Below the pieces are notes generated by a model that saw only the letters and a list, made by a program, of their open reading frames with translations, was not told the origin of the DNA and searched no databases. The translations under genes were made by a program, and so were the position numbers. Below are positions 20,500-29,578 of a stretch of 64,000 nt of DNA, piece by piece. The DNA is from an uncultured Clostridia bacterium (GTDB lineage: Bacteria; Bacillota; Clostridia; TANB77; CAG-508): positions 3,366 to 67,365 of the forward strand of contig CARFUA010000007.1 of the NCBI GenBank assembly GCA_948976265.1, in the 5' to 3' direction. The stretch's first letter is position 1, and every line of letters starts with the position of its first letter.

Positions 20500-21166
20500 A
20501 TGTACAAAATCACAATTGTGGAAGATGATAATGAAATTCGTGAAGAATTAAAAATATTATTGCAAAATAGTGGCTATGAAGTGAATTTTGGTGAATTTTG
20601 AAAATGTAGAACAACAAATTTTCAAAACGGAGGCTCATTTAATTTTGTTAGATGTCAATTTGCCTTATGAAAATGGTTATGAAATTTGTAGTAAAATAAG
20701 GCTTAAATCAAAAGTCCCAATTATTTTTGTCACCAGCAAAAATCAATCGATGGATGAATTAAATGGTATTTTGCGTGGGGGCGATGATTATATCGAAAAA
20801 CCCTATCATGTTCCCATTCTTTTAGCGAGAATTCAAACTTTATTAAATCGTGTATATTCGGATAAAGCAACAGAAAGTATCTTAACCTATAAAGGAATCA
20901 CTTTGGACCTTTTACGCTCTGAAATAAAGTACGAAAATCAGGAAACCGAACTAACAAAAACAGAATTGAAAACACTTTATTATTTATTCAAACATACCGA
21001 CCAAATTATTGCCAGAATGGACCTAATTGATTATTTATGGGACCATGAAATTTATGCCGATGACAATAGTTTAAGCGTGATAATTACACGAATTCGAGAA
21101 AAGTTGAAAGAAATCGGAGTTGAAAATATCATTGAAACAAAGAGGGGACAAGGATATAAACTATGA
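20500..21166 (+). pseudogene. OmpR-family (BceR-like) response regulator disrupted by a 10-bp tandem duplication
   Basis: MYKITIVEDDNEIREELKILLQNSGYEVNF runs into a stop at 20599-601. The rest (..NVEQQIF..LILLDVNLP..winged helix) is in the +1 frame. gtgaattttg is repeated at 20581-90 and 20591-600. Confidence 0.85.
20581..20600 (+). repeat. perfect 10-bp tandem duplication (gtgaattttg x2)
   Basis: Read directly from the sequence. Removing one copy restores the receiver-domain frame. Confidence 0.95.
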
Positions 21167-22176
21167 AATTTACAAAATATGTGAAAGACAATATAAATAT
21201 ATTACTAGGATTTATTCTGTATTGCTTAATCATACTTGCTTATATGAAAGCCATGAAAATAGCTAAAAATGCAATTCTAATTATAATGGTATTGGCAGGT
21301 AGTTTTTTTATATTTGGATTTGTCGTTTGCTATTGGAAAAAGAATCGATATTTGCGAGAAATCCAAAAAATTCAGGCGCATTTGCCAGAAAAATATTTAA
21401 TTTCTGAAGTCATGGAAAAGCCAAAAACTGGAGAAGAATTGGCGTATTTTCGTATTTTACAAAAAGCAAATAAATCCATGCTTGAAAATGTAATGAAAGC
21501 CAGAACTGCGCAAAAGTCATATCAAGAATACATTGAAAGTTGGGTACATGAAATAAAAATTCCAATTACATCTGTTAAATTGTTATGTGAAAATCATAAA
21601 TCAGAAGTAACACGAAAAATAGAAGATGAAATCGAAGAAATCTACAATTATGTCGAACAAGCTTTATTTTATGCAAGACTGGATCAAGTTTCAAATGATT
21701 TTATGATACGAGAAGTCAATTTGGGGGAAATTATAAAAAATGTGCTTGCTAGAAATAAAAAAATGATGATTCAAAATCAAATGAAAGTAGAAATCAAAGA
21801 TTACAAAATAACAGCTTATACCGATGAAAAATGGTTGGAATTTATTTTAAATCAAATTATGATAAATAGTGTTCAATATAAATCTCAAAAAAATCCAGAA
21901 ATAAATATTGAAATAAAAGAATGCAAGGAAAATGTGAAATTATCTGTAAAGGACAATGGAATTGGTGTCAAAGCAAGTGAGATTGAACGAATCTTTGAAA
22001 AAGGGTTTACAGGAACCAATGGTAGAAGACAGAAAAAATCAACTGGAATGGGGCTCTATTTATGCAAAAGATTATGCCAAGAATTAGACATGGAAATTGA
22101 GGCAGAAAGCAAAGAAAATGAGTATATGAAAATAACAATCATGATTCCCAAAAATGAGAAAATAAATAAACCATAA
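21163..22176 (+). CDS. intramembrane-sensing histidine kinase (BceS-like)
   Basis: Two N-terminal TM helices with a minimal loop, H-box WVHEIKIP, HATPase (..DNGIGV..GTGMGLYL). Overlaps the regulator stop. Confidence 0.85.
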   Translation: MKFTKYVKDNINILLGFILYCLIILAYMKAMKIAKNAILIIMVLAGSFFIFGFVVCYWKKNRYLREIQKIQAHLPEKYLISEVMEKPKTGEELAYFRILQKANKSMLENVMKARTAQKSYQEYIESWVHEIKIPITSVKLLCENHKSEVTRKIEDEIEEIYNYVEQALFYARLDQVSNDFMIREVNLGEIIKNVLARNKKMMIQNQMKVEIKDYKITAYTDEKWLEFILNQIMINSVQYKSQKNPEINIEIKECKENVKLSVKDNGIGVKASEIERIFEKGFTGTNGRRQKKSTGMGLYLCKRLCQELDMEIEAESKENEYMKITIMIPKNEKINKP

Positions 22177-22242
22177 AAAACAACCGCGTGCCACGAAATT
22201 GCATGAAGCACGTGGTTTGTTGTTGACATAATTAAACACCAA

Positions 22243-22260
22243 TCTTACAAAACTGTAAGA
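22243..22260. promoter_or_regulatory. candidate response-regulator operator upstream of the ABC genes
   Basis: Perfect inverted repeat TCTTACA-AAAC-TGTAAGA about 95 nt upstream of the ABC ATPase start. Confidence 0.4.
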
Positions 22261-22354
22261 TTCAAGCAAACTACTTCTATATAAAAACTATCCAAAACAA
22301 GATATACTAAAAGTAACCTTGAACATAAGGAAAATTTAAGAAGGAGTGATTCAT

Positions 22355-23122
22355 TTGAAAAAAATATTGAAAGTGGAGCAAATCCAGAAATATTACGGAA
22401 ATAAGGATAATCTAACAAAAGCCATTGACGACATTAGTTTTGATGTAGAAGAAGGCGAATTTATTGGTATCATGGGAGCCAGCGGAAGCGGAAAAACGAC
22501 GCTTTTGAATTGTATTTCTACCATTGATACAGTAAGTTCAGGTCATATTTATTTGGAAAATCAAGATATTACTGAAATCAAAGAAGAGGAAATTGCCCAA
22601 TTTCGAAGAGAAAATTTAGGGTTTATTTTTCAGGATTTTAATTTACTTGACACCTTAACCATTGAAGAAAATATTGCTTTAATTTTAACCATTAACAAAG
22701 TTTCTGAAGCAAAAATTGAACAACGCATTTTAGAAATTGCTAAAAAGTTGGGAATTGAAGGAATTTTGAAAAAATATCCTTACCAAGTTTCTGGTGGGCA
22801 AAAACAACGCTGTGCTTCCTGTAGAGCCATTGTCAATACACCTAAAATTATTTTGGCAGATGAACCAACGGGAAGCTTGGATTCCAAATCTGCTAGACAA
22901 TTACTAGAAATGATGGAAGAGATGAACCAAAACATGAAAGCCACTATTTTAATGGTCACACACGACCCATTATCCGCTAGTTATTGTAGCAAAATTTTAT
23001 TTTTGAAAGACGGAAAAATCTTTAATAAAATTCAAAAAGGAGAAAAAACAAGAAAAGATTTTTACCATGAAATTTTGGATGTATTAGCACTTTTGGGAGG
23101 TGATACCAGAAATGTTAGGTAA
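22355..23122 (+). CDS. ABC transporter ATP-binding protein (BceA-like)
   Basis: Walker A GASGSGKTT, signature SGGQKQR, Walker B ILADEPT. RBS AAGGAG, with TTG 22355 as the probable start. Confidence 0.85.
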   Translation: MKKILKVEQIQKYYGNKDNLTKAIDDISFDVEEGEFIGIMGASGSGKTTLLNCISTIDTVSSGHIYLENQDITEIKEEEIAQFRRENLGFIFQDFNLLDTLTIEENIALILTINKVSEAKIEQRILEIAKKLGIEGILKKYPYQVSGGQKQRCASCRAIVNTPKIILADEPTGSLDSKSARQLLEMMEEMNQNMKATILMVTHDPLSASYCSKILFLKDGKIFNKIQKGEKTRKDFYHEILDVLALLGGDTRNVR

Positions 23123-25130
23123 ATTATCTTTTCGAAATGCCAAAAGACAAGCCAAAGATTATGTGATTTATTTTATCACCATTGTGATGACGGTTGCATT
23201 GCTCTTTAGTTTTAACTCCATTGCTGTATCGCAAGACATTGCAGAGCTTTCATCAACTATGAAAAATTTTTCAAAAGTGATTATTGGTATTAATCTTGTT
23301 ATTGTGTTTGTCATGGTTTGGCTGATTAATTATACGATGAAATTTATGCTCGAAAAAAGAAGTAAAGAATTTGGAACCTATCAAATTTTAGGAATTGAGA
23401 AAAAAGATATTTCCAATATGTTTACCATTGAAAATTTGATGATTGGTTTAGTTGCTTTTGTGGTGGGAACGTGCTTAGGGATTTTTATGTATCAAGTATT
23501 TTCTAGCATTATTATGAATATTTTTGCACAACCGTATCAAATTTCCATTGAATTTAATTGGAAAGCAGTCGAAATGACCGCTGGATGCTTTTTCGGAATA
23601 TTTTTGTTGGTGTTATTCAATAGTAGAAGAAAAATCAAAAAAACCAAAGTGTACGATTTGCTTTATGCAGATAAACAAAACGAGAATCACCACATTAAAA
23701 ATGCGAAAGGAAACTTGTTTTTATTTGCAGTATCTATCTTGTTATTTTTAACTGGTTTATGGTCACTTGAGCAAGATTTCGGCAATCCCGATTATATGAA
23801 AGGCAAAAACACAACCTTAGCTATCGTGCAATTTATTCTTGGTATTTATTTATTCTATATTAGTATCTCAAGCTTTATTGTAAAATATTATTTGGAAAAT
23901 AAAACCAGAAAATACCAGAAAAACCATTTATTTTTATACCGAAATTTAACCTCTAAAATCAACACTATGAGTGTAACATTAGGCACAATTGCCATGTTAT
24001 TTGCTTTTATTATGATTGGCGGAAATGTAGCACTACTTATGAATGGCATGTTAAACAATGAAATTGAAATGGGATATCCCTTCGAAATTATGGTTGCAAC
24101 TCCAGATGCTGACTTCTCAAAATACAAAGAATTCATCCAAAAAAATGCTAAAGTAACAGCGATGTACGAATACCAAATGCACAATATTCCCAAAACAAAT
24201 CTTTATAAAGCTTTAGAAGGAAGCATATTTGAAGGAAGAAGCTATGAAGGTTTTGACAATGTTTTAGGATTGACCGATTATAATCATTTAAGAGAAATGC
24301 TAGGACATAAAACGGTTTCACTAAAAGAAGACGAAATTATTGTGCAGTGTATGAAAACAGCTGAGAAATATTTTGAAAATTATAAAGAAGAAAATAATAG
24401 ACTTGAGTTGGTTGGAAAAACCGTAACTATAAAAGAAATCAAAAGCGAGCATTTTGCGCAAGTTTCGTTTAATGGATATACGTATTGTATCATTGTTCCA
24501 GATCGTTTGTTAGAGGAAATTAAACAAATGGATTTAAAAATCGAAATGTCTCATTATGATGGTAGCTACAAATTAGTTGCTCAGACAGAAGAACCAACCA
24601 CAGAAACATTTTATGAAGAATTATCAAACTATATTTTGTGTGATGAAATAGAACAAACAGCAATCATTGATGGAATAGAGCAGAATTATACTTTAAACAT
24701 TTCACTAGGAAATGTTAGTACAAGAGGGCACAGAGTAAATTTTACAAAATCTTTTTATACTATTATTTCATTTTTAGCATTTTATCTGGCGCTAATTTTC
24801 GTTATGGCAACGGCTACCATTTTAGCGATTCAACAATTGAGCGATTCTGAAAAATACAAATATCGTTACGAGTTACTGAAAAAATTGGGCATGGAAGAAC
24901 ATGAAATGAAGCAAATTATTTTAAAACAATTATTATTTTATTTTTGTTTACCAATGCTGATTCCAATTTTATTAAGTATTCCAGCAGTACTGATCGTTGG
25001 GCAAATTTTTACAGTAGCTGTAACCATAGAAGAAATTTTGAAAAATATGTTATGGGTGATTGGATTGTTTATTTTTGTCTATGGAATTTATTTTATTGCA
25101 ACCGATGTGCAATTTAGCCGAAATATCTAA
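23112..25130 (+). CDS. FtsX-family ABC permease with large extracellular domain (BceB-like)
   Basis: About 670 aa. TM bundles flank a ~200-aa central soluble domain. RBS GGAGGTGA before the ATG at 23112. Confidence 0.8.
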   Translation: MLGKLSFRNAKRQAKDYVIYFITIVMTVALLFSFNSIAVSQDIAELSSTMKNFSKVIIGINLVIVFVMVWLINYTMKFMLEKRSKEFGTYQILGIEKKDISNMFTIENLMIGLVAFVVGTCLGIFMYQVFSSIIMNIFAQPYQISIEFNWKAVEMTAGCFFGIFLLVLFNSRRKIKKTKVYDLLYADKQNENHHIKNAKGNLFLFAVSILLFLTGLWSLEQDFGNPDYMKGKNTTLAIVQFILGIYLFYISISSFIVKYYLENKTRKYQKNHLFLYRNLTSKINTMSVTLGTIAMLFAFIMIGGNVALLMNGMLNNEIEMGYPFEIMVATPDADFSKYKEFIQKNAKVTAMYEYQMHNIPKTNLYKALEGSIFEGRSYEGFDNVLGLTDYNHLREMLGHKTVSLKEDEIIVQCMKTAEKYFENYKEENNRLELVGKTVTIKEIKSEHFAQVSFNGYTYCIIVPDRLLEEIKQMDLKIEMSHYDGSYKLVAQTEEPTTETFYEELSNYILCDEIEQTAIIDGIEQNYTLNISLGNVSTRGHRVNFTKSFYTIISFLAFYLALIFVMATATILAIQQLSDSEKYKYRYELLKKLGMEEHEMKQIILKQLLFYFCLPMLIPILLSIPAVLIVGQIFTVAVTIEEILKNMLWVIGLFIFVYGIYFIATDVQFSRNI

Positions 25131-25217
25131 GTTGACATTTGACATAAAACGTGGTACAATATTTCATATTGAAATTTATCAATCGCGCATTGTCATTTGA
25201 CAGAAAGGAGAGAGCAT

Positions 25218-25577
25218 ATGTTCGTTATTATCGCAGTTTTGGTAGGTGTTGCAATTTTGGCAGGAGGTTGTCTTTGTTATAAGGCTTACTACTTGTCAAA
25301 TTTACGGTATGAGGTAACTCCAGCAACAGCAGTTGTCTGTGGCAAATGTCACAGTGTTCCAGCTCCTATTGCCATGCCAATAGGATATTCTATAGAAAAC
25401 AAAATTGCGTATTATGAAATGAAATACAATGTGTATGTTGTGTACGAAAAAAACATATTTTATATAAACGACAAAGCATTGTATGAACAAACCAACATCA
25501 ATGATACAGTTAATGTACTGGTTCACAAAGGGTATGACAAAAACAATCAGTGCAAAAATACGTACCTTACTGTGTAA
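25218..25577 (+). CDS. hypothetical small membrane-anchored protein
   Basis: RBS AAAGGAGAG before the ATG at 25218 and one N-terminal TM helix. Contains an ordinary in-frame CGG at 25305-07. Confidence 0.5.
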   Translation: MFVIIAVLVGVAILAGGCLCYKAYYLSNLRYEVTPATAVVCGKCHSVPAPIAMPIGYSIENKIAYYEMKYNVYVVYEKNIFYINDKALYEQTNINDTVNVLVHKGYDKNNQCKNTYLTV

Positions 25578-25580
25578 AGT

Positions 25581-25615
25581 AAAAGCCGTTACAGGGAAAT
25601 TTTGTAACGGCTTTT
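25581..25615. terminator. bidirectional terminator at the strand-switch point
   Basis: 13-bp stem aaaagccgttaca/tgtaacggctttt between convergent genes. Confidence 0.7.
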
Positions 25616-25620
25616 ATATT

Positions 25621-26613
25621 TTATTCATCAGCTAAAGGATTGCTTTCAATAGCATTTCGAACTTGCTTATCATCAATATGCGTATAAATTTGTGTGGTAG
25701 CAATACTTTCATGCCCCAATACTTCTTGCAGTGCACGAATGTCTACTTGTCCATATTGATACATCAGCGTAGCTGCTGTATGCCTTAATTTATGGACAGA
25801 ATATTTCGTAGAATCAATACCGAGCCGCTTGCAGCTTTTGTTTAATAATATGTTGTACTGTTCGATTACTAATTCTCTTTTTCTGTTCACTCAAAAACAA
25901 AGCATTACGAGAATCAAATTTTACACCATCGTGTGGACGAAGCGCCAAATAATCCTTAATTGCTCTAATACAGGCTTTATTCAAATAAACCGTTCGTTCT
26001 TTATCGCCTTTTCCGAATAACCGTCATTTTGCTATTATAGAAATCAATATCGCTCATATTAATTCCAGTAAGTTCAGACAAACGAATTCCGCAATTTAAA
26101 AGAATCGTCACAATGGCAAAATCTCGAGTAGAATGGTCATGTGAACTAACTTTGGGAGCCCCGTGAAACTTCTAATAACTTTCTACTTTCATCAAGACTC
26201 AAATGTTTTGGCAATCTTTTTCCCAATTTAGGACTTTCCAAATCTTGAGCAGGATTATTAGGGATTTTTTTCATTTTGTTGCACAAATATTTAAAAAACA
26301 TTCGAATACTTGCTGTTTTACGCGCCAAAGTTGCTGGTTTGCTATGATAACAATTTTTCAAATACCCTAAAAAGGCATGAATATCTTGTAAGGTTATTTT
26401 TGAAATAGTATCCAATGTTATATCTGCTATTTGAATTTCTTTAATAAATTCTTCTGTAGCATTCACCATTTTATAATGAAATTTAATAAATTTGAGAAAA
26501 TGGGCAATGTCATAATTATATTCTTTAATTGTATTTTTTGATTTATTTAGTATGGTAGCTGAATAATCTAAAAAATCATTTAATGATTCTGGATTATCTT
26601 CTCTTGAAATCAT
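25621..26613 (-). pseudogene. XerC/D-like tyrosine recombinase, split by three +1 breaks, each at an in-frame CGG
   Basis: N-terminal SAM-like domain (26164-26613), middle part (..RDFAIVTILLNCGIRLSEL..VIGKGDKER..) and C-terminal part (HKLRHT..GHESIATTQIYTH) rejoin by skipping C at 26163, 26015 and 25822. All catalytic R-K-H-R-H-Y residues are present. Confidence 0.8.
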
Positions 26614-26832
26614 AAAAACTCCTTTCTTTTTGCGATAAAGTATAAAATTTGACTTAAGAAAAATCGTAGAGTAGGGTAGAGAGGGCATAGGCGGTCAATT
26701 GATATTGATTATTTTATGATAAATTATATTACAATTCTAAAAATTATTTTTGAAGAAATAATTTATTTTTTGTGTTTAATGAATTTCATTTGGTTAATAA
26801 AAATTTGAAAATAAAATTCGAATGTTAATTTG

Positions 26833-26870
26833 AAAATTTGAAATTCTAAATTTACAAAATTTCAAATTTT
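26833..26870. repeat. 13-bp perfect inverted repeat in an AT-rich non-coding stretch
   Basis: AAAATTTGAAATT (26833-45) and AATTTCAAATTTT (26858-70), with extra TTTGAAA copies at about 26814 and 26830. Confidence 0.7.
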
Positions 26871-27308
26871 TAACTGTTGTTATCAAATGATTTTTTAAAC
26901 CGAACATTTGTGTTTAAAAATAATTTCAGATAGCGACAAGTTTTATAAATGATTTTATAAGAATATTCGTCAAAAATAGACTCGCTAGAATCGATTTTAA
27001 GACGTTTAAAATTGATAGGCAATATAATTTGTCATTTAAAAAAATTAAAGCTAAATATGAGTCTCTAAATAAATGCGCATAAATAGGCTTTTAAAGGATT
27101 TGGCAAAAGATGACATGCTTTAATTGTATAATCATCTAAGAATAAGCTAGGTTTAGTAAGGCTTTCATGTTCCTACCCCTAATTGCACAAAACTTTTATT
27201 TTGTGCAATGTTGTATATAATATTTTATAGGCAGATTGCTCTACCTTCTTTCAATTAGACTATTAACTATCTATTTTTATATACCATATTTTTTTAAAAG
27301 TCAATACT

Positions 27309-27581
27309 TTATTTATGAAATTTTAAAATTTTACATTTATCTTCTGAATACTTCTTCCACTCTGTCACTTCTCTTTCTTGTATTTGATAATAAACACTTT
27401 GCAATCCTAATGGATATTTATTATCAAAAAAATCATTATCAATATAGTAAATTTTTCCTCTTTGGTCAAAACCTGAAATCATATTCATTAGTGCAGATTG
27501 TGCAAGTTGAAAAGTATTGTAACTTCCTACCGTATAAGGCGTTCCTCCTCTATAAATCACAAATATACAATATTCTTTCAT
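27309..27581 (-). CDS. hypothetical protein (90 aa)
   Basis: RBS AGGAGGAG before the ATG at 27581 (MKEYCIFVIYRGG..). No family recognised. Confidence 0.5.
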   Translation of the reverse strand: MKEYCIFVIYRGGTPYTVGSYNTFQLAQSALMNMISGFDQRGKIYYIDNDFFDNKYPLGLQSVYYQIQEREVTEWKKYSEDKCKILKFHK

Positions 27582-27646
27582 TCTCCTCCTTTCTATATGG
27601 TATTTTCTGATTATAACATATTTATGTAAACAATGCAAGTATTTCT

Positions 27647-28252
27647 CTTATTTTTGTTTTGCCTTGACCTAGAACGACGAAAGATATAGCATAAAAACAA
27701 AAAAAGCTAAGCCACGCCCTTCCCATTTAAATATATAAGGTGGTTTCAATCCGTGCCATATTAAAACATTCAATTCACTCTATGTACAATAAATAGAATC
27801 GCATTGTATAAAATTCCAACTCTGCTTTGTAAGTAAAGTTTCAAGTTTTCATCTTCGTTTTTACCTCCTTTTGCTTTGAGGGTAACATTTATTTTAAATA
27901 AAATCAAGGTCATAAACCGATTGAGTATTTGTTTGATTTTATTTAAAATGAATGTTGTATAATAGAAAAAAAGGAGGTAGTAAAATGAAAGACGAAAAAA
28001 GAGAAAGAAAAAGAAGAAAACAAAGATTAAAGGAGTTGGAAATTTTATACAATGCAATTGAAGATAAAAATGTTCAATACAACTTGAAAATATCGAAAGA
28101 AGAATTGAATGTTCTAATATGGCACTACACAGGTACTGAAATAATATACGAAAGAATGTAAAGGGCTTGAAGCTCTTTACTTTTTTGTTTTTGAGGAAAG
28201 AAAATACGTCGTTCTAGGAATTTACGCGAACCAGTGCCAAAACAAAAATAAG
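27647..28252. repeat. ~600-bp imperfect inverted duplication (palindromic cassette)
   Basis: Matching blocks in inverse orientation: CTTATTTTTGTTTTG (27647-61 / 28238-52), CCTAGAACGACG (27668-79 / 28207-18), a poly-A/T block, and GTGCCATATTA(A/G)AACATTCAATTC (27753-76 / 28102-25). Similarity continues into the ORF. Confidence 0.8.
27985..28161 (+). CDS. 58-aa basic protein encoded by the intact arm of the inverted duplication
   Basis: RBS AAAGGAGG before the ATG at 27985 (MKDEKRERKRRKQRLKELEILYNAIEDKN..). The left arm carries a degraded copy on the minus strand. Confidence 0.45.
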   Translation: MKDEKRERKRRKQRLKELEILYNAIEDKNVQYNLKISKEELNVLIWHYTGTEIIYERM

Positions 28253-28260
28253 ATAGTAAT

Positions 28261-28400
28261 TTATAGGGTCTAGCTTACGGGAATTAATACCTCATTTAGA
28301 ACACGGAATTTATTATGATAAAAGGGAAACAAATAACCCGCGTATTAGACAAGAAAAAGACAGATAAGTATTGCTAGCGCTTATAGGGTCTAGCTTGCGA
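28261..28400 (+). repeat. two copies of a 16-nt direct repeat TTATAGGGTCTAGCTT, 120 bp apart
   Basis: Copies start at about 28261 and 28381. The second is followed by a GC-rich hairpin, GGGGGTTACACCCCC. Confidence 0.7.
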
Positions 28401-28545
28401 AAGGGTCTGTCCTCCCAGTGTTCCACTATGGGGGTTACACCCCCATGCCCCTACTCTACCAACGCACTTGTCGAATTATGTCGATGTTTTGGAGTTGAAA
28501 ACGTAATTTGGTAAAGATATAATCGTTTTGAAAGGGGGAAAAAAG

Positions 28546-28833
28546 ATGTTTGACGAAAAAAAATATTATTCCTACATTAAAGATTTCAAATTTACAATTG
28601 GGTGTATTTATAGTCTTTACACTATAGTTTCTACTATATTAGCACTTATATTATCTAACATTCTTAAAACACCTATTGTAGCAATTATAATATTTATACT
28701 AGGCATAGTTTTAGCAGGGATTCATACTAAAAATATTGAAATTAAAATACAGGAAATGTATTTGAATCTTATGTTTTATGATGAAATAAAAAACAAGAAT
28801 CTATATACAAAGAAAGATAAAAATAAACTTTAA
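28546..28833 (+). CDS. hypothetical two-TM membrane protein (95 aa)
   Basis: RBS AAGGGGG before the ATG at 28546. Two hydrophobic helices. Confidence 0.5.
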   Translation: MFDEKKYYSYIKDFKFTIGCIYSLYTIVSTILALILSNILKTPIVAIIIFILGIVLAGIHTKNIEIKIQEMYLNLMFYDEIKNKNLYTKKDKNKL

Positions 28834-28956
28834 ATCACAATATCAATCTTTATAAAAAACAATTGTCATATTTTGTCGAATTGTTTTACTTGTAATCTTC
28901 TGTTAATAACTATAAAATTAAAATAAATGATATATATATTAGAAAGGAAATAAAAT

Positions 28957-29457
28957 ATGGAAGAAAGAAGAAAAGTAAAACAAATTGAAAAATTTGATGA
29001 AGATGGAAATTTAGAATACACAATTATACCTAATTACAAAATACATCAAAACTTCATGACTCAAAATGAAATGAAATTTTATAATTATTTGATTTCAGCA
29101 GTAAACGAGCTGGATAAACAACATAATATACATTTGACAATATTTGCGCAAGTTGCTGTAAATAGACTTATAGAGGTAAATAATAATAGAAATAGCAAAC
29201 TATGGGAAAATATATGTGATAAAAGTATTGATTTTGTGCTTTATGAAAAAAAATTAAATAAAGTATATTGTTGCATTGAATTAAATGATGAAACCCATCA
29301 TGAACCAAAACGTATTAAAAGAGATGAAATGCTAAAAAAAGCTTTAAATAGTGGCGATGTTAAAATGATATTTATAGAAAAGCAAGAAAATTATAATGTT
29401 AATGAAATCATGAACACAATTTTAGAATGCAATAAAAAAGCTATATCATTACTATAA
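28957..29457 (+). CDS. DUF2726-like (restriction-endonuclease-fold) protein
   Basis: ..QVAVNRLIEV...SIDFVLYEK..VYCCIELNDETHHEPKRIKRDEMLKKAL fits the DUF2726 pattern (D-F-V...IELD..H...R..RD). Confidence 0.55.
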   Translation: MEERRKVKQIEKFDEDGNLEYTIIPNYKIHQNFMTQNEMKFYNYLISAVNELDKQHNIHLTIFAQVAVNRLIEVNNNRNSKLWENICDKSIDFVLYEKKLNKVYCCIELNDETHHEPKRIKRDEMLKKALNSGDVKMIFIEKQENYNVNEIMNTILECNKKAISLL

Positions 29458-29578
29458 TATCTTTCTAGAAAAGATATTATCCTCCCCTTACTTTATAATT
29501 TTAAAAGGAAAAAAATATGTTTGATAAAAGATGAAATAAAGATAGAAAATAATATATCATAGAAAAGTAAAATTTATT

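Noticed and set aside
20226-26613. Bce module plus recombinase as a tRNA-Leu-integrated island.
   Set aside because: The tRNA 3' end faces away from the module. No repeat of the tRNA 3' end was seen, and the recombinase is separated from the module by a convergent terminator.
27611-27636. dif-like string ..gattataacatatTTATGTAAACa.. near the recombinase.
   Set aside because: Only the XerD-arm-like TTATGTAAAC matches. The left arm and a 6-bp spacer do not fit Firmicutes dif consensus. A 10-mer of this composition is expected about once by chance in an AT-rich 64-kb window.
27770-28057. 95-aa minus-strand ORF across the palindromic cassette.
   Set aside because: Most of it is poly-Phe/Leu from the A/T-rich promoter region, and it has no RBS. 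Only its last ~30 codons correspond to the decayed duplicate of the 58-aa gene.
28261-28400. CRISPR array.
   Set aside because: There are only two repeat copies of 16 nt with a 104-nt spacer, and no cas genes in the window.
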